From contig NC_043007.1 in NCBI RefSeq assembly GCF_006345805.1, forward strand, positions 17,174,001-17,238,000: DNA of 64,000 nt. Reading direction: 5' to 3'. Each line of letters begins with the position of its first letter. Within the stretch, counting starts at the first letter, position 1. Below are positions 25,299 through 38,464 of the stretch, in pieces. The notes beneath the pieces are model-generated. The model worked only from the letters and a program-made list of their open reading frames with translations, made no database searches and was not told the origin of the DNA. The translations under genes were made by a program, and so were the position numbers. This DNA is from Octopus sinensis (taxonomy: Eukaryota).

Positions 25299-25663
25299 AG
25301 ATTTTCTCCAGTTTTTGTACTTGCGGTCAAAAGGAATGCTTTGGCATTGCGCAGGTCTTGTTCTTCTTTACCGGTCAGATATGTTTGTTCAGCAAAAATT
25401 CTGGATCCTCTCGAAGAAGATACTGAACCGGGCAGGTTTGTATTTAACATTGCATTTATTGGGTCGATCAGGTTGGGACGAGTCTCTGGCAGGTCTTCAT
25501 TGTAAAGCAACACATCCTCTGCTCCGATGTCTACATCTTCTTCGTCTTCTTCTCCCTCATCTGCTCCTGGTTCTTTTACATCTTCTATTCCTACTTCTGG
25601 ATCTTCTTCAACCAGTTCTTCTTCCAGTAATTCATCTGTTGCCTCTAAGTGTTCCTGTGACAT
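25299..25663 (-). CDS. RSPH4A: Radial spoke head protein 4/6 homolog, coding exon 1
   Basis: ATG at 25663; MSQEHLEATD...AKAFLLTASTKTGENL matches the RSPH4/6 motif preceding YDHL; donor CT|gtaagc, phase 2; 365 nt. Confidence 0.9.
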
Positions 25664-25897
25664 TTTGCTAAAAACTCAATCTGTTATTTTATATATTGAT
25701 GATTAATTTTACAAATCTAAAACGATAAAATAATAAATTTTATAATGAACTTTATAATATAATTTCCTAATTAAGTAGTTTAGATCAGGGCAGAAATTAT
25801 AATTATGAAGCTAAACAAAAAAAAAATCTCTGACAAGTTCATGTGTTTGATATTACATCCCCTAATTGTGTTTGGTCAGTACAAAAGTTGTTGTAGT

Positions 25898-25911
25898 GTT
25901 GCCATGGAGAT
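25898..25911. promoter_or_regulatory. RFX X-box
   Basis: GTTGCCATGGAGAT, close to the X-box palindrome GTTGCCATGGCAAC, 235 bp upstream of the ATG of a motile-cilium gene. Confidence 0.75.
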
Positions 25912-27367
25912 GAGACGACACTTTGTGTGTACGCAGGAAAAAAAAGAGCAATATAAACTAAGTTTTGAGAATGTCGACATTAGTGATGACGTTCTACGCA
26001 ACTATTGGTTTCGTTCACTTCCGGTCCATATTTGTGTATTTCTGTCTATGATAATGATGTGTATACATACATGTATGTATATATATGTGTGTGTATATAT
26101 ATCTGTTGACGTATGTATGTATTAATCTGTGGATGTATAAGTATATGTGTGTGACAGACCGACATAGCTTTGGATGGGAAGAAACAACAAAATAAGTAAA
26201 GGCAACAAAGAGAGAGAGAGAGAGAGACAGAGAGGGAGGAAAAAAAATGAACTAAAAAGAACTTTTTTTTTTATACATCGTTTCCGTCGACCATCAGCAG
26301 GATGAATCAGTTATTTTAATTCGCTCTAACATTTACTCGGAAACTATTAAGTTTTCTCGACGAGGATCGTTTCTTCTTCTTCTTCCCCCCCTCCAACCCG
26401 ACTCCCAGCACACACAAAAAAAAACACCAACAACAACAGCAAAATAACACAAAAAGGAAAGGACAAAAAAAAAAAACCCGTCCCAGATCGACGTAAATTC
26501 TCTTGGATTTATTCTCAAAACGTCCGACCGAGACCGACCGACCCAACAACCCGGTTCCGTCATCTATTTTCTTCCCACATCTTCCAAATCGCATCAGAGT
26601 CGTCATCACCAGCTTCAATATCGTCGTCGTATTCAACAAAATTCTTCCTTAATTCTCACCATTATCCTCGTTTTTTTTTTTTATTAATAGAACCACCCGT
26701 GTCTTCTTCTTCTTCTTCGACTTCGTGAATAGCCAACCATCCCGAACTTTAAACAATTAAAAACTTTCTAAAAACTTTCACTTGACACTTGGGAAAGGAA
26801 AAAAAAAAGTTTGACTTTCCACCACCAAAGTTTCATTAAACAGCAGAAAGTCCAAGGATAATTGAATCGACCACCAACAACAACAGCAACAACAGCAATT
26901 ACGTCAGTGAACTTATTTCATTTCATTTTATTTATTTATTGGGCAAAAAAGTTCTTCAAGAAAAACTTGCAATATTTCGCATTCTTCAGTTGAGCGAATC
27001 AAGCTTCTGTCTTTTGTTATAATATTATTATTGACACTTGCATCTCCTCTGATTTTTGTATCTCGTGTTTATACAATTATCACTAATTAGACACTAATTA
27101 CTCTTCTAAAACACGGTTTATACCATTAAGTACGCACACCTATAAACTTATATACATACAAACACACACACATATAAATATATATATATATAATACATAA
27201 TATACATAATACATAACATCTGTAATCATATATAACTTTTATTATATATACTTATATAACGAAACGAAATATTTATTCTAACTTATCTAAAACTACTTTT
27301 AAGTCTGTTGTAAATTTGTTCTGCATAAATATACATTTTCGGTTTTCTTTTAGAATTTTATAATTAT

Positions 27368-27443
<76 letters not shown>

Positions 27444-27774
27444 AATATATAGTGTCTGAGAGATCAAGTCGCAGTTGCCTGGCAAAATGGAAGGATCGGA
27501 AACTTTAAATAACTCAAAGAGTGGCATCGGATCCGTACCTGTTATTCATGCAATAATATTGTGAAAAAAAAAAAAAAACCAGGAAAAAGATTTTAAAAAA
27601 AGTGAGATTTGATGGAGATTTCGGGTCTGGTACAAACCAACCCCATTTCTCACCATCTAGCAACCACCCTTAAACACCCCTTTCAATAATACATCATTAT
27701 GTTTTGCCCCGACGTCTTCCTTCATGGTCAGTGTAAACCTCTAAAAAGTTGATAAACTGACCACCACAGAAGCG

Positions 27775-27862
27775 ATGCTTCCGAGGAAAAAGGACATTTC
27801 GGGTCTAAACGATGGCATCGCGGGTAAATATGTTAAAAGAGATACGCCACCCGTCCTTAGAA
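27775..27862 (+). CDS. SAV1: Salvador homolog, coding exon 1
   Basis: MLPRKKDISGLNDGIAGKYVKRDTPPVLR resembles the SAV1 N-terminus as I recall it (human MLSRKK...GKYVKKETSPLLRN); donor A|gtaagt, phase 1. Too short for the ORF track. Confidence 0.88.
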
Positions 27863-28240
27863 GTAAGTACTCAGCTTTGAATATTCTCAATTATTCGCTT
27901 ATTGCGAAGTGACTTGTAGATTGTGTTGCTATTTTTTTAAAAATTCCAGTTTAACATTTTGAAGATTTGTTAATTGTATTTCTATCTCTCTCTTTCACAC
28001 GCACTCACTTTATACACATGCTCAGTGTTATATACACATTAGTCACTATTGCATAAATATCTATGGTCCACGCAGGTGTATTTAACTGTCATAGTTGTGT
28101 ATATGTAACTAGCTTGCAACACAACATATTAACAGCAACCAAGAATATATATATATGTGTGTAGGCATATGTGTATATGTATTTATGTTGGTATGTATAT
28201 GCATATATATGTGTATGTATAAATGCATGCATGTGTGTCA

Positions 28241-28284
<44 letters not shown>

Positions 28285-29774
28285 ATGTTTGTGTATATAT
28301 GTGTTTGTGTATATATGTGTTTGTGTAAATATCTGTGTGTGTATATTTGTGTATATATATGTGTGTGCAGGTATATGTGTATATATATGTTGGTACGTAC
28401 ATGCATGCATGTATATGTATAAATGCATGTGTGTGTGCGTAGTCTGTACATGTGTGTGTACATATATATGCACACACACACACACACAACAGGCTTCTGC
28501 ACAGTTTCCATCAACTAAAATCACTCCCAAGGCATTGGTTGGTGCAAGGCAAAGTTATAAAGTTTGCATAGGAAGATTGCGTAAGTGGGAAGTCTTCTGA
28601 ATAGAAAACCCAAACTACATTGCAATAAGGCTAACACAGTCCTTAAGCAATTGTCCTATGACCCTCTCTCCATGATCATTGTAGCCTGGTCCAGCAATTC
28701 AATAACCTCTGTAATTTCCTCCTTATGCGTGTATCAGATCAATAAGGACAAATCAGGAATTCATCTTGTATGGTATTTAATATATCTTTATGGCTACCAA
28801 GTCATTCTCGAGCCTGAGTGATAGCCATGGTAAGTAAGTATGAAGTTTGTGCCTATGATATATTTATATATATATATATATATATATATAACCCATGCTA
28901 GCATGGAAAACGGACGCTAAATGATGAATGATGATATATATATAATATATGTATATATATATATATATTTCCGAGAGTTGATTTTTATGGCCAGTCAGAG
29001 AATGACCATTGGTGTCCCACTTATAAAGCGCTTAGCTGTATAGGTGAGTCGCATCATTTAACGTCCATTTTCCATGCTGGCATACACATACACACACCAC
29101 AATACATGGAAACAGGTAGGGGTTGGCATTAGGAAGAGAATACACTCACAAGGCTTTGGTCGGCCTGAGGCTAAAGTAGAAGACACTTTTCCAAGGTGCC
29201 ATGCAGTGAGACTGAACTCAAAACCATGTGGTTGGGAAGCAAGCTTCTTATCACACAGTCACACCTGCACTTATATATATATATATATATTCTTTTACTT
29301 GTTTCAGTCATTTGACTGCAGCCATGCTGGAGCACTGCCTTTTAGTCGAGCAAATTGACACCAGGACTTATTCTTTGTAAGCCTAGTACTCATTATATTG
29401 GTCTGTTTTGCCGAACCCCTATGTTACAGGGACGTGAACACACCAGCATCGGTTGTCAAGCGATGATGGGGGGGGGACAAACACAGACATACAAACATAT
29501 ACACGCACATACATATATATATACATATATACGACGGGCTTCTTTCAGTTTCCGTCTACCAAATCCACTCACAAGGCTTTGGTTGGCCCGAGGCTGTAGT
29601 AGAAGACACTTGCCCAAGGTGCCACGCAGTGGGACTGAACCCGGAACCATGTGATTGGTAAGCAAGCTACTTACCACACAGCCACTCCTGCACCTATTAT
29701 ATAAGAATAGGATGGAGAAAGCTCAGAGGACTTTTACCCCTGTTGGCAACCACAGATCTCTCTCTCTCTCCAAA

Positions 29775-30195
29775 TGAAGAGAAGATTGTGTAATGTATGC
29801 GTACAAACTGTGATGCTGCATGGTAGTGAGATATGGATCCTGAATACAGAGGAGATGCGGAGGCTGAAGAGGAATGAAGCTGGTATGCTCAACTGGATGT
29901 TGCAATATCAGTGTTGTGTGTGTGTGTGACAGAGCCCTGGTGTATTGAGAGAGAAGTTGGGCATAAGAGGAATTATATGCAGTGTGCAAGAGAGGAGACT
30001 GCATTGGTTTGGTCAGGTGGTGTAGATGGATGAGGACAGTTGCATAAAGAAGTGCTGGTCACATAAAGTCGAGGGTGACCCAGGAAGACATGGGATGAAG
30101 TACTGAAGGCTCATTTCAAAACACAACCTTACAAAAGAGATGACAGGACCAAGATATGTGGCACACCGCTGTTCTCAAGAAGACTCATCCACCAC
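29775..30195 (+). mobile_element. RTE-clade LINE 3' fragment
   Basis: VMLHGSEIW...LREKLGIRGIICSVQERRLHWFGQV, frameshifted. A related piece lies at ~58655-58810. Confidence 0.8.
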
Positions 30196-31871
30196 AACAG
30201 AACTGTGATCCTAAAACCAAGGTGCCACATAAAATGTATTGGTGTGGGTGCTATTACCATGTAAAAGGCACTGTTGCTGGTGCTATGCAAAAATTACTGG
30301 TGCTGGTGCTACGTAAAAAGCACCCAGTACACTCTGTAAAGTGGTTGGCATTAGGAAAGGCATCCAGTTGTAGAAACCAAACCAAAACAGACTATGGAGC
30401 TTGTTATGGCCCCTGGCCTTTCCAGTTCTACTTGAGCCATCTAGCCCATGTCAGCATATATGTTAAATGTTAATGCTGATCATGATAGGTACTTTGTGGT
30501 AAGAAGTTTGTTTTCTGACCACATGGTTTTGGGTTTTGTTGCACTCTGTCACTTGTGCTGGTGGCACGTGAAAAAACATTCAGGCGAGGTCATTGCCAGT
30601 ACTGCTGAACTGGTTCCTGTGCAGGTGGCACATAAAAAGCACCATTTGAGTGTGGTCATTGCCAGTACCACCTGACTGGCCCTCGTGCTGGTGGCATGTA
30701 AATGCACCCACTACACTCTCGGAGTGGTTGGCATTAGGAAGGGCATTCCAGCTGTAGAAACTCTGCCAGATCAGATTGGAGTCTGGTGCAGCCATCTGGT
30801 TCACCAGACTTCAGTCAAAACGTCCAATCCATGCTAGCATGGAAAGCGGACGTTAAACGATGATGATGATGATGTGGTACCTTGGGCAAGTATCGTCTAC
30901 AATAGCTCTAGCCTAACCAAAGCCTTGTGAGTGGATTTGGTTTGCAGGTTAGTATCTTACACTTCTGGAAATGTTGGAATCACCTTTGTGCTCTGATGAT
31001 GGACCTTATACTGGTTAAGAATGGTTTCTATGGTGGCCCCATTAAGGATTAATAAATTCAAACATGAATGAGCTGGAAAAGAAAACACACCATTTTTAAC
31101 TCCCAAAGTCCAACATTTGAGATGCAGTACTTTAAAGATGTGTGAGCACCCAGGATTTTGTAGATTACAAACATTGTGTGTCGTCCTTATGAGACACCTT
31201 GTAAATGTTATACATATGATGGTGGCATGTAAAAAGCACCATTCAAGTGTGGTCAATGCCAGCACTGCCTGACTGACCCTTGTGTGCCAGTGACACATGA
31301 AAAGCACCCACTACACTCTTGGAGTGGTTGGCGTTAGGAAGGGCATCTAGCTGTAGAAACCTTGCCAGATTGGAGCCTGGTACAGCCTTCTGGTTTGCCA
31401 GTCCTCAATCAAACCATCCAACCATGCCAGCATGGAAAGTGAACATTAAATGATGATGATCACACATATACACATACATATATATAAATATATATGTAAA
31501 CACTCACATACACAACACATTTTCTTTCCAACTAAATGGTTTCAGGTTCAATCCCACTGCATGACACCTTGGGTAAGCATTTTCTCCTAAAATGTAGGCT
31601 GACCAAAGCTTCCATGAAATCAACATTGCCCGTACTGGTGCCACAAGTCAGATATCGAAGTTGTTGCTTACTGATGTCAGATGAAGTGTTTTGCTCAAGA
31701 ACATAATGCACTACCAAGTCCAGGAATTGAAACCACAATCTTTCAGTTGTGAGTGCAACACCCCAACTACTTGACCACATGCCTTATATATTATATATAT
31801 ACACACATGCATATATATATATGTACATGTATGGACATATGCATAAAGATAGATAGACATATAAACATACA

Positions 31872-31902
<31 letters not shown>

Positions 31903-33261
31903 CATCATCGTTTAACGTCTGCTTTCCATGCTAGCATGGGTTGGACGATTTGATTGAGGTCTGGCAAACCAGATGGCTGCACCAGACTCCAATCTGATCT
32001 GGCAGAGTTTCTACAGCTGGAATGCCATTCCTAATGCCAACCACTCCGAGAGTGTAGTGGGTGCTTTTACGTGCAACCGGCACGAGGGCCAGTCAGGCAA
32101 TACTGGCAACGGCCACGCTCAAATGGTGCTTTTTATGTGCCACCTGCACAGGAGCCAGTCCAGCGGCACTGGCAATGACCTCGCTCGAATGTTATGTTTT
32201 TTCATGTGCCACCAGCACAAGTGCTAGTAAGGCAATGCAGGTAGTGATCACGCTATATATATATTCATATACAATATGTGTGTGCATGTGTATGTATGTA
32301 TATATGCACACTACATTTACTCATGTTTAAGTTGTATTTTTCATGGTAAATTTGGCACAAAACAAAACCAAAAGACTCGATTCTTTCATTCTGATTATGC
32401 AGTTATCCAGTCCTCAGCACCATTTCTATCAATCATCTTTGTTCATCTTAATCACCATCCTCCTCATTGTATCAGTCTAGTTGTTGACCTCTAATACGTT
32501 TACAGCTAGTTTACATGCTCAGAATACCAGACTTAGAATAAGCATTCATCAATTAATTTTCATACATTTAAAAACACAGTAATTTATGATGGCTACACTG
32601 GATCCACTTCAAACAGCATTTATTCATAGAAGCAAATTGTGATTAAAACCAAAAATCAAAAACCCATTTGAATTACAAATGCAATCCAATGGACAGTCTT
32701 CTGCACATTTCCATTTGTCTGACTTTGCAACAGCTGGGACAATTTGAAGCTGTTACATTTGCATCGTACATTGACCCAAGATACCATGTGACAGTATCAA
32801 GACCTGAGCATTCAACTATGCTTGTGACACTATGTATGTATGCATACAGCGTGTGTCTGTGTGGTAAGAAGCTTACATGGTTCTGGGTTCTGGGTTCAAT
32901 CCCACTGCACGGCACTTTGGACAAGTGACTTTTATACCCTCAGGCCGACCAATACCTTGTGAGTGGATTTGGTAGACAGAAACTGAACGAAGCCTGTCAT
33001 ATATAAATATATATATATATAGCATGTATGTATGTATATATTTATGTGTGTCTGTGTTTGTCCTACCACCATTGCTTGACAACCGATGTTGGTGTATTTA
33101 CATCCCTGTAACTAAGGGGTTCAGCAAAAAGAGACCAATAGAATAAGTACCAGGCTTACAAAGAATAAGCCCTGGGGTTGATTTCTTTCGCTCCAGCATG
33201 GCTACAGTCAAATGACTGAAAGAAATAAAATATATATTTTATATATATATATATATATCTT

Positions 33262-33920
33262 AGCTTAGTTTTTCCTTGGGGCTGACCACATTGGAGCAGT
33301 CTCAAGATTAATCAGCCGAAATTGTGAGGATAATCTGGTGCTTGACTGAGGATAGAGGGCTTCGAATGACCCGTCCTTGTTTTTTTGTATTGTCTGTCTG
33401 GATGTTTTGATGTCCCTTTTTGTATCACCTAGCTGTCCAGATGTTTTGCGTTCTTGTCCCATTTTGTATTCATCATCATCGTTTAACGTCCGTTTTCCGC
33501 GCTAGCACGGGTTGGACAGTTCGACCGGGGTCTGGGGAGCCCAGGGGCTGCCCCAGGCTCCAGTCTGATATATAGCCATTCTTCAACCCGTTGAATTGGT
33601 CCCTCGTAAAGACATCCGAGTCTTAAGTTTGAATCATTTGAGCACAGATTTTCTATACTGAGAATCTCTGGATCTCATTTGTTGACTACTGGATCGTTAG
33701 CCCCTACACGCAATTTTTTTCTCTCCTTGTTTCTTTCTGTGTTTCTTTTCTGTGTATCTTTCTGTTGAAAAGCGTAGGCTCGAAACGTAAAAGACTTGTT
33801 TTATTTCTACTCCTGAGCGCCATACTAACACATTGTTTGTTTGTACTCCACCTGCCTTCGTCTTTTGTTTATTTTCGTAAACTTGCCTTCGTCTTTTGTT
33901 TATTTTTGTAAACCTTCCCG
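33262..33920 (+). mobile_element. Penelope-like fragments with a hammerhead-like motif
   Basis: 33262-33470 matches ~48030-48150; 33700-33920 contains the motif at 33757-33794; a SINE fragment lies between them. Confidence 0.55.
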
Positions 33921-36309
33921 TTATATATATATATATCATCATCATCATCGTTTAACGTCCGCTTTCCATGCTAGCATGGGTTGGACGGTTCGACCGGGGT
34001 CTGGGAAGCCAGGGGCTGCACCAGGCTCCAGTCTGATCTGGCAGTGTTTCTACAGCTGGATGCCCTTCCTAACGTCAACCACTCTGCGAATGTAGTGGGT
34101 GCTTTTTACGTGCCACCAGCACAGATGCCAGGGGGCATCTGGCATCGGCCACGATCGGTTGGTGCTTTTAACGTGCCACCAGCACGGAAGCCAGCCAAGG
34201 CGGCGCCGGCATCGGCCATGTTCGGATGGTGCTTTTTATGTATATATATATATATATATATACACACATGTACACATATGTGTATATTTATGTAAACCTA
34301 CATAGTAGATATACAAACGTAGCAGATTTTAACATTTTTCCATAGACTGAAAAAAATGATAAGCAGCTTTGATTGATTTTTCAATGCTATTTGGGTTCCC
34401 AACTGAAGTGTCTACATCATATGATCACTCTCAGAGAAACAAGTAACCAACCTGTTTATATTCACAACAAACCCAGAAGCTTCAGATGGCCGGAGCTACC
34501 ACTTTGCATTCTATGGGTACTTAATCCTTTGTGTAATATCAGAGGTCTGTCGGTACCTTGATACTGTCTGCAAAGTATCAAGGTATGACATATGTAAGCC
34601 TATTACTCTTTTACTTGTTTCAGTCATTTGACTGCAGCCATGCTGGAGCACCGCCTTTAGTCGAGCAAATCGACTCCACGACTTATTCTTTGTAAGCCTA
34701 GTACTTTTTCTATCGGTCTGTTTTGCTGAACCGCTAAGTTACGGGGACGTAAACACACCAGCATCGGTTGTCAAGCGATGGTGAGGGGACAGACACATAC
34801 ACATTTATATGTATAGATGACGGGCTTCTTTCAGTTTCCGTCTACCAAATCCACTAAGTTACGGGGATGTAAACACACCAGCATCAGTTGTCAAACGATG
34901 TTGGGTGTACAAACACAGACGCACAAACATATACACACACATACATATATATATATACACATATATACTACGGGCTTCTTTCAGTTTCCGTCTACCAAAT
35001 CCACTCACAAGGCTTTGGTCGGCTTGAGGCTATAGCAGAATACACTTACCCGAGGTGCCACGCAGTGGGATTGAATCCGGAACCATGTGGTTGGTAAGCA
35101 AGCTACTTATCACACAGCCACTTGCTTACATCATTGTCAGTTTAATGTCCATTTTTTCCATAGTTACATGGGTCAGATGAGATTTGTTGAGCTGTAGCTG
35201 TGTGGTTAAGAAACGTGCTTATCAACTACGTGATCTCAGGTTCAGTCCCACTGCATAGCACCTTGGGCAGCTGTCTTCTACTGTAGCTATGGGCTGACCG
35301 AAAAGTTGTGAGTGAATTTGGTAGATGGAAACTGAAAGAAGCTTGTCATGTATTTGTGCATACCATTGTCTAGACATCATATGGTGGTTGTGGATGAGCA
35401 TCATCATCATCATACAACTGGGGTTGTTCATTTCCAGTCTGCCATGAAAATATTCCTGGCCATGGAGAAAATGTTACGTTGCTTAGAAATAGATAAGGGT
35501 TGGTGACAGGAAGGGCATCATCCAGCCATAGAAAACTTGTCTCAAATATCACATGCTCCATGCAAGCATGGACATTAAATGATGCGTATATGTATGCATG
35601 CAGGCATTTATGTATGTATATACATGCCTACATCATACTTACTTACCATGGCCATCACTCAGGCTCGAGAAGGACTTGGTAGCCATAAAGATATATTAAA
35701 TACCATACAAGAAGAATTTCTGATTTGTCATTGATCTTATACACACATTAAGAGGAAATTACAGAGGTTATTGGATTGCTGGACCAGGCTACAATGATCA
35801 TGGAGAGAGTCGTAGCACAATTGCTTAAGGACTGTGTTAGCCTTATTGCAATGTAGTTTGGTTTTTCTATTCAGAAGAGTTCCCACTTAAGTAATCTTCT
35901 ACCAACCACATGGTTCCGGGTTCAGTCCCACTGCGTGACACCTTGGGCAAGTGTCTTCTACTATAGCCTCGGGCTGACCAAAGCCTTGTGAGTGGATTTG
36001 GTTGACGGAAACTGAAAGAAGCCCGTCGTATATATGTATATATATATATATATGTATGTGTGTGTATATGTTTGTATGTCTGTGTTTGTCCACCCAACAT
36101 CACTTGACAACCGATGCTGGTGTGTTTATGTCCCTGTAACTTAGCGGTTCGGCAAAAGAGACCGATAGAATAAGTACTAGGCTTACAAAGAATAAGTCCT
36201 GGGGTCGATTTGCTCGACTAAAGGCGGTGCTCCAGCATGGCCACAGTCAAATGACTGAAACAAGTAAAAGAGTAAAGGAGAGAGAGACAACTACAGGAGA
36301 AATACATAG

Positions 36310-38165
36310 CTTAGTGTAAACTACCATTTCTGGCATTCATTGACTTGGAGAAGATCTTTGACAGGGTGCCATACTCTGTAATCTGGCGGTTACTAAGGAG
36401 ACTAGATGTAGATGAATGGCTTATAAGGGTTGTACAAGACGCAGTAATTAAAGTAAGAATCAACAATGAGTTGAGCTGTGAGCTTAACATGAATGTAGGT
36501 GTCCATCAAGGCTCAGTTTTCAGCCATTTTCTGTTCATTATTGCCTTACAAGCCATGGCAGAGGAGTTTAAGATGAGCAGCTTAGGAACTCCCATGAGCT
36601 GAAGATCCACATAAATGGAATCATTAGAGAAAAAATTCTAGGCATGGAAGCAAAAGCTAGAATCAAGATACCATGTGATAAACTTAGTAAGATAGAAGAC
36701 AGGCAGCGTGCTGGCAGAGATGTTAGCACACTGGGCAAAATACTTAGCGGTATTTCGTCTGCTGTTACGTTCCGAGTTCAAATTCCGCTGAGGTCGACTT
36801 TGCCTTTCATCCTTTTGGGGTTGATTAAATAAGTACCAGTTACGCACTGGGGTCGATATAATCGACTTAATCCGTTTGTCTGTCCTGTTTGTCCTCTCTG
36901 TGTTTAGCCCCTTGTGGGTGTTAAAGAAATAGGTATTTCGTCTACCATTTAAAGGCGGCGAGCTGGCAGAATTGTTAGCACGCTGGGTGAAATGCTTAGC
37001 GGTATTCCGTCTGCCACTACGTTCTGAGTTCAAATTCTGCCAAGGTCGACTTTGCCTTTCATCCTTTCGGGGTCGATAAATAAAAGTACCAGTTCCGCAC
37101 TGGGGGTCAATGTAATCGACTTAATCCCTTTGTCTGTCCTTGTTTGTCCTCTCTATGTTTAGCCCCTTGTGGGCAATAAAGAAATATATATGCTACACTT
37201 AGTGTAAAGTATAGACACACACAGACAAGTTGTAGTGGAGCCACAAGCAAACTAACAGCTTTGTATGAAGAACACTGTCTAAGAACACACTGGAAATAGA
37301 TTCTCTGAAATCTCCAGCTGGCTTGCCAGAATATATCACCAGAAGTGGTCGATAGCTTCTAGTACCTAGGTGACATAATTAACAGTGGAAGTGATTGTTC
37401 GGAAAGTATAGTAACTAGCGCTACAAACTGGGTGAAGAAAGTTCAAGGAGCTTTTTATGTCTGTTCTTCATTCATCCTCAAAGTGGAGGGCAGTATGTAT
37501 GACACTTGTGTTGGAACTGTGCTACTGCATGGCAGTGAGACATAACCCTAGAATACAGAAAAGATTTGAGAAGTAGTAGTATAGAGGCTTGTGCTGTAAC
37601 AGCATGTTGCTGCATCTACCATTTGTTGGTAATTCTCCACTCCTAATGGATGACACTTTTGCACCCTTCAAGTGACAATTCTCCCATGGTTCTGACTGGG
37701 TTGTCATTGCTGGTGAGGGTTTTTTGGAGGTTTAGTTGCCATTTATGACATGCAGAGGAAACATTGGGTCTATTCTTTAGCATGCTGGTCCCCACACAGC
37801 ACTAGAGCAATGTGGAATGAAGTATTTGCTCCAGGAATCAAACCCACAATTTTGGTAATCATGAGCGCATGTTCCGATGGATGTGTAATGTTAGTGTGCA
37901 TGAACTCCAGAGTATAAGTGAACTGACAGAAAACCTAGGTATAAATGGAATCCGGCGTAGGGTACAAGAGGGCTATACTGGTTTAGGTATGTTATGCATA
38001 TGGAGGGTGACTGCTGCATAAGGAAGTACTGAGCACTTCAAGTTAGTGAACCCTATGGAAAAGGGATACTAAAGAAGACTAATGATGAAGGGCTGAAGGC
38101 TGATTTAAAGATTCTGCATCTCATGTTGGAGATTACAAAGGACCCTTACTGACCAGTGATTTGTG
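36310..38165 (+). mobile_element. Fragmented RTE-clade LINE interrupted by SINEs
   Basis: AFIDLEKIFDRVP...GVHQGSVFSHFLF (36330-36600), EVVDSF*YLGD (~37340), VLLHGSET (~37520), post-RT piece (~37930-38160). Confidence 0.8.
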
Positions 38166-38464
38166 GGGCTGTAGAAACTCAACCAGCCATGGCAGTTTGT
38201 ATTCTGACTTCTGACACAAGGGTAAAGTTTAGAGGCTGAGATATTTTCTACTTTGCTAAATCCTTATCTTGTGCCCCCTTCACCTTGCTTTGATGCCCCT
38301 ACCTCCACCTTAATTTGTCTTCCTCTCTCTCTCATAACGCTTCATCTTCCATCTCTCCTCTTCCCGTCACTTCTATTGACCGGTTCGTCCTCACCACTCT
38401 GACACCCTCCCCACTTCATTGGACCTATGTATCAGACTGTTGGACTACCCTCATCCCTCTACAC

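Noticed and set aside
26316-26639. Minus-strand ORFs upstream of RSPH4/6
   Set aside because: Low-complexity promoter/UTR-like sequence with no recognisable protein motif.
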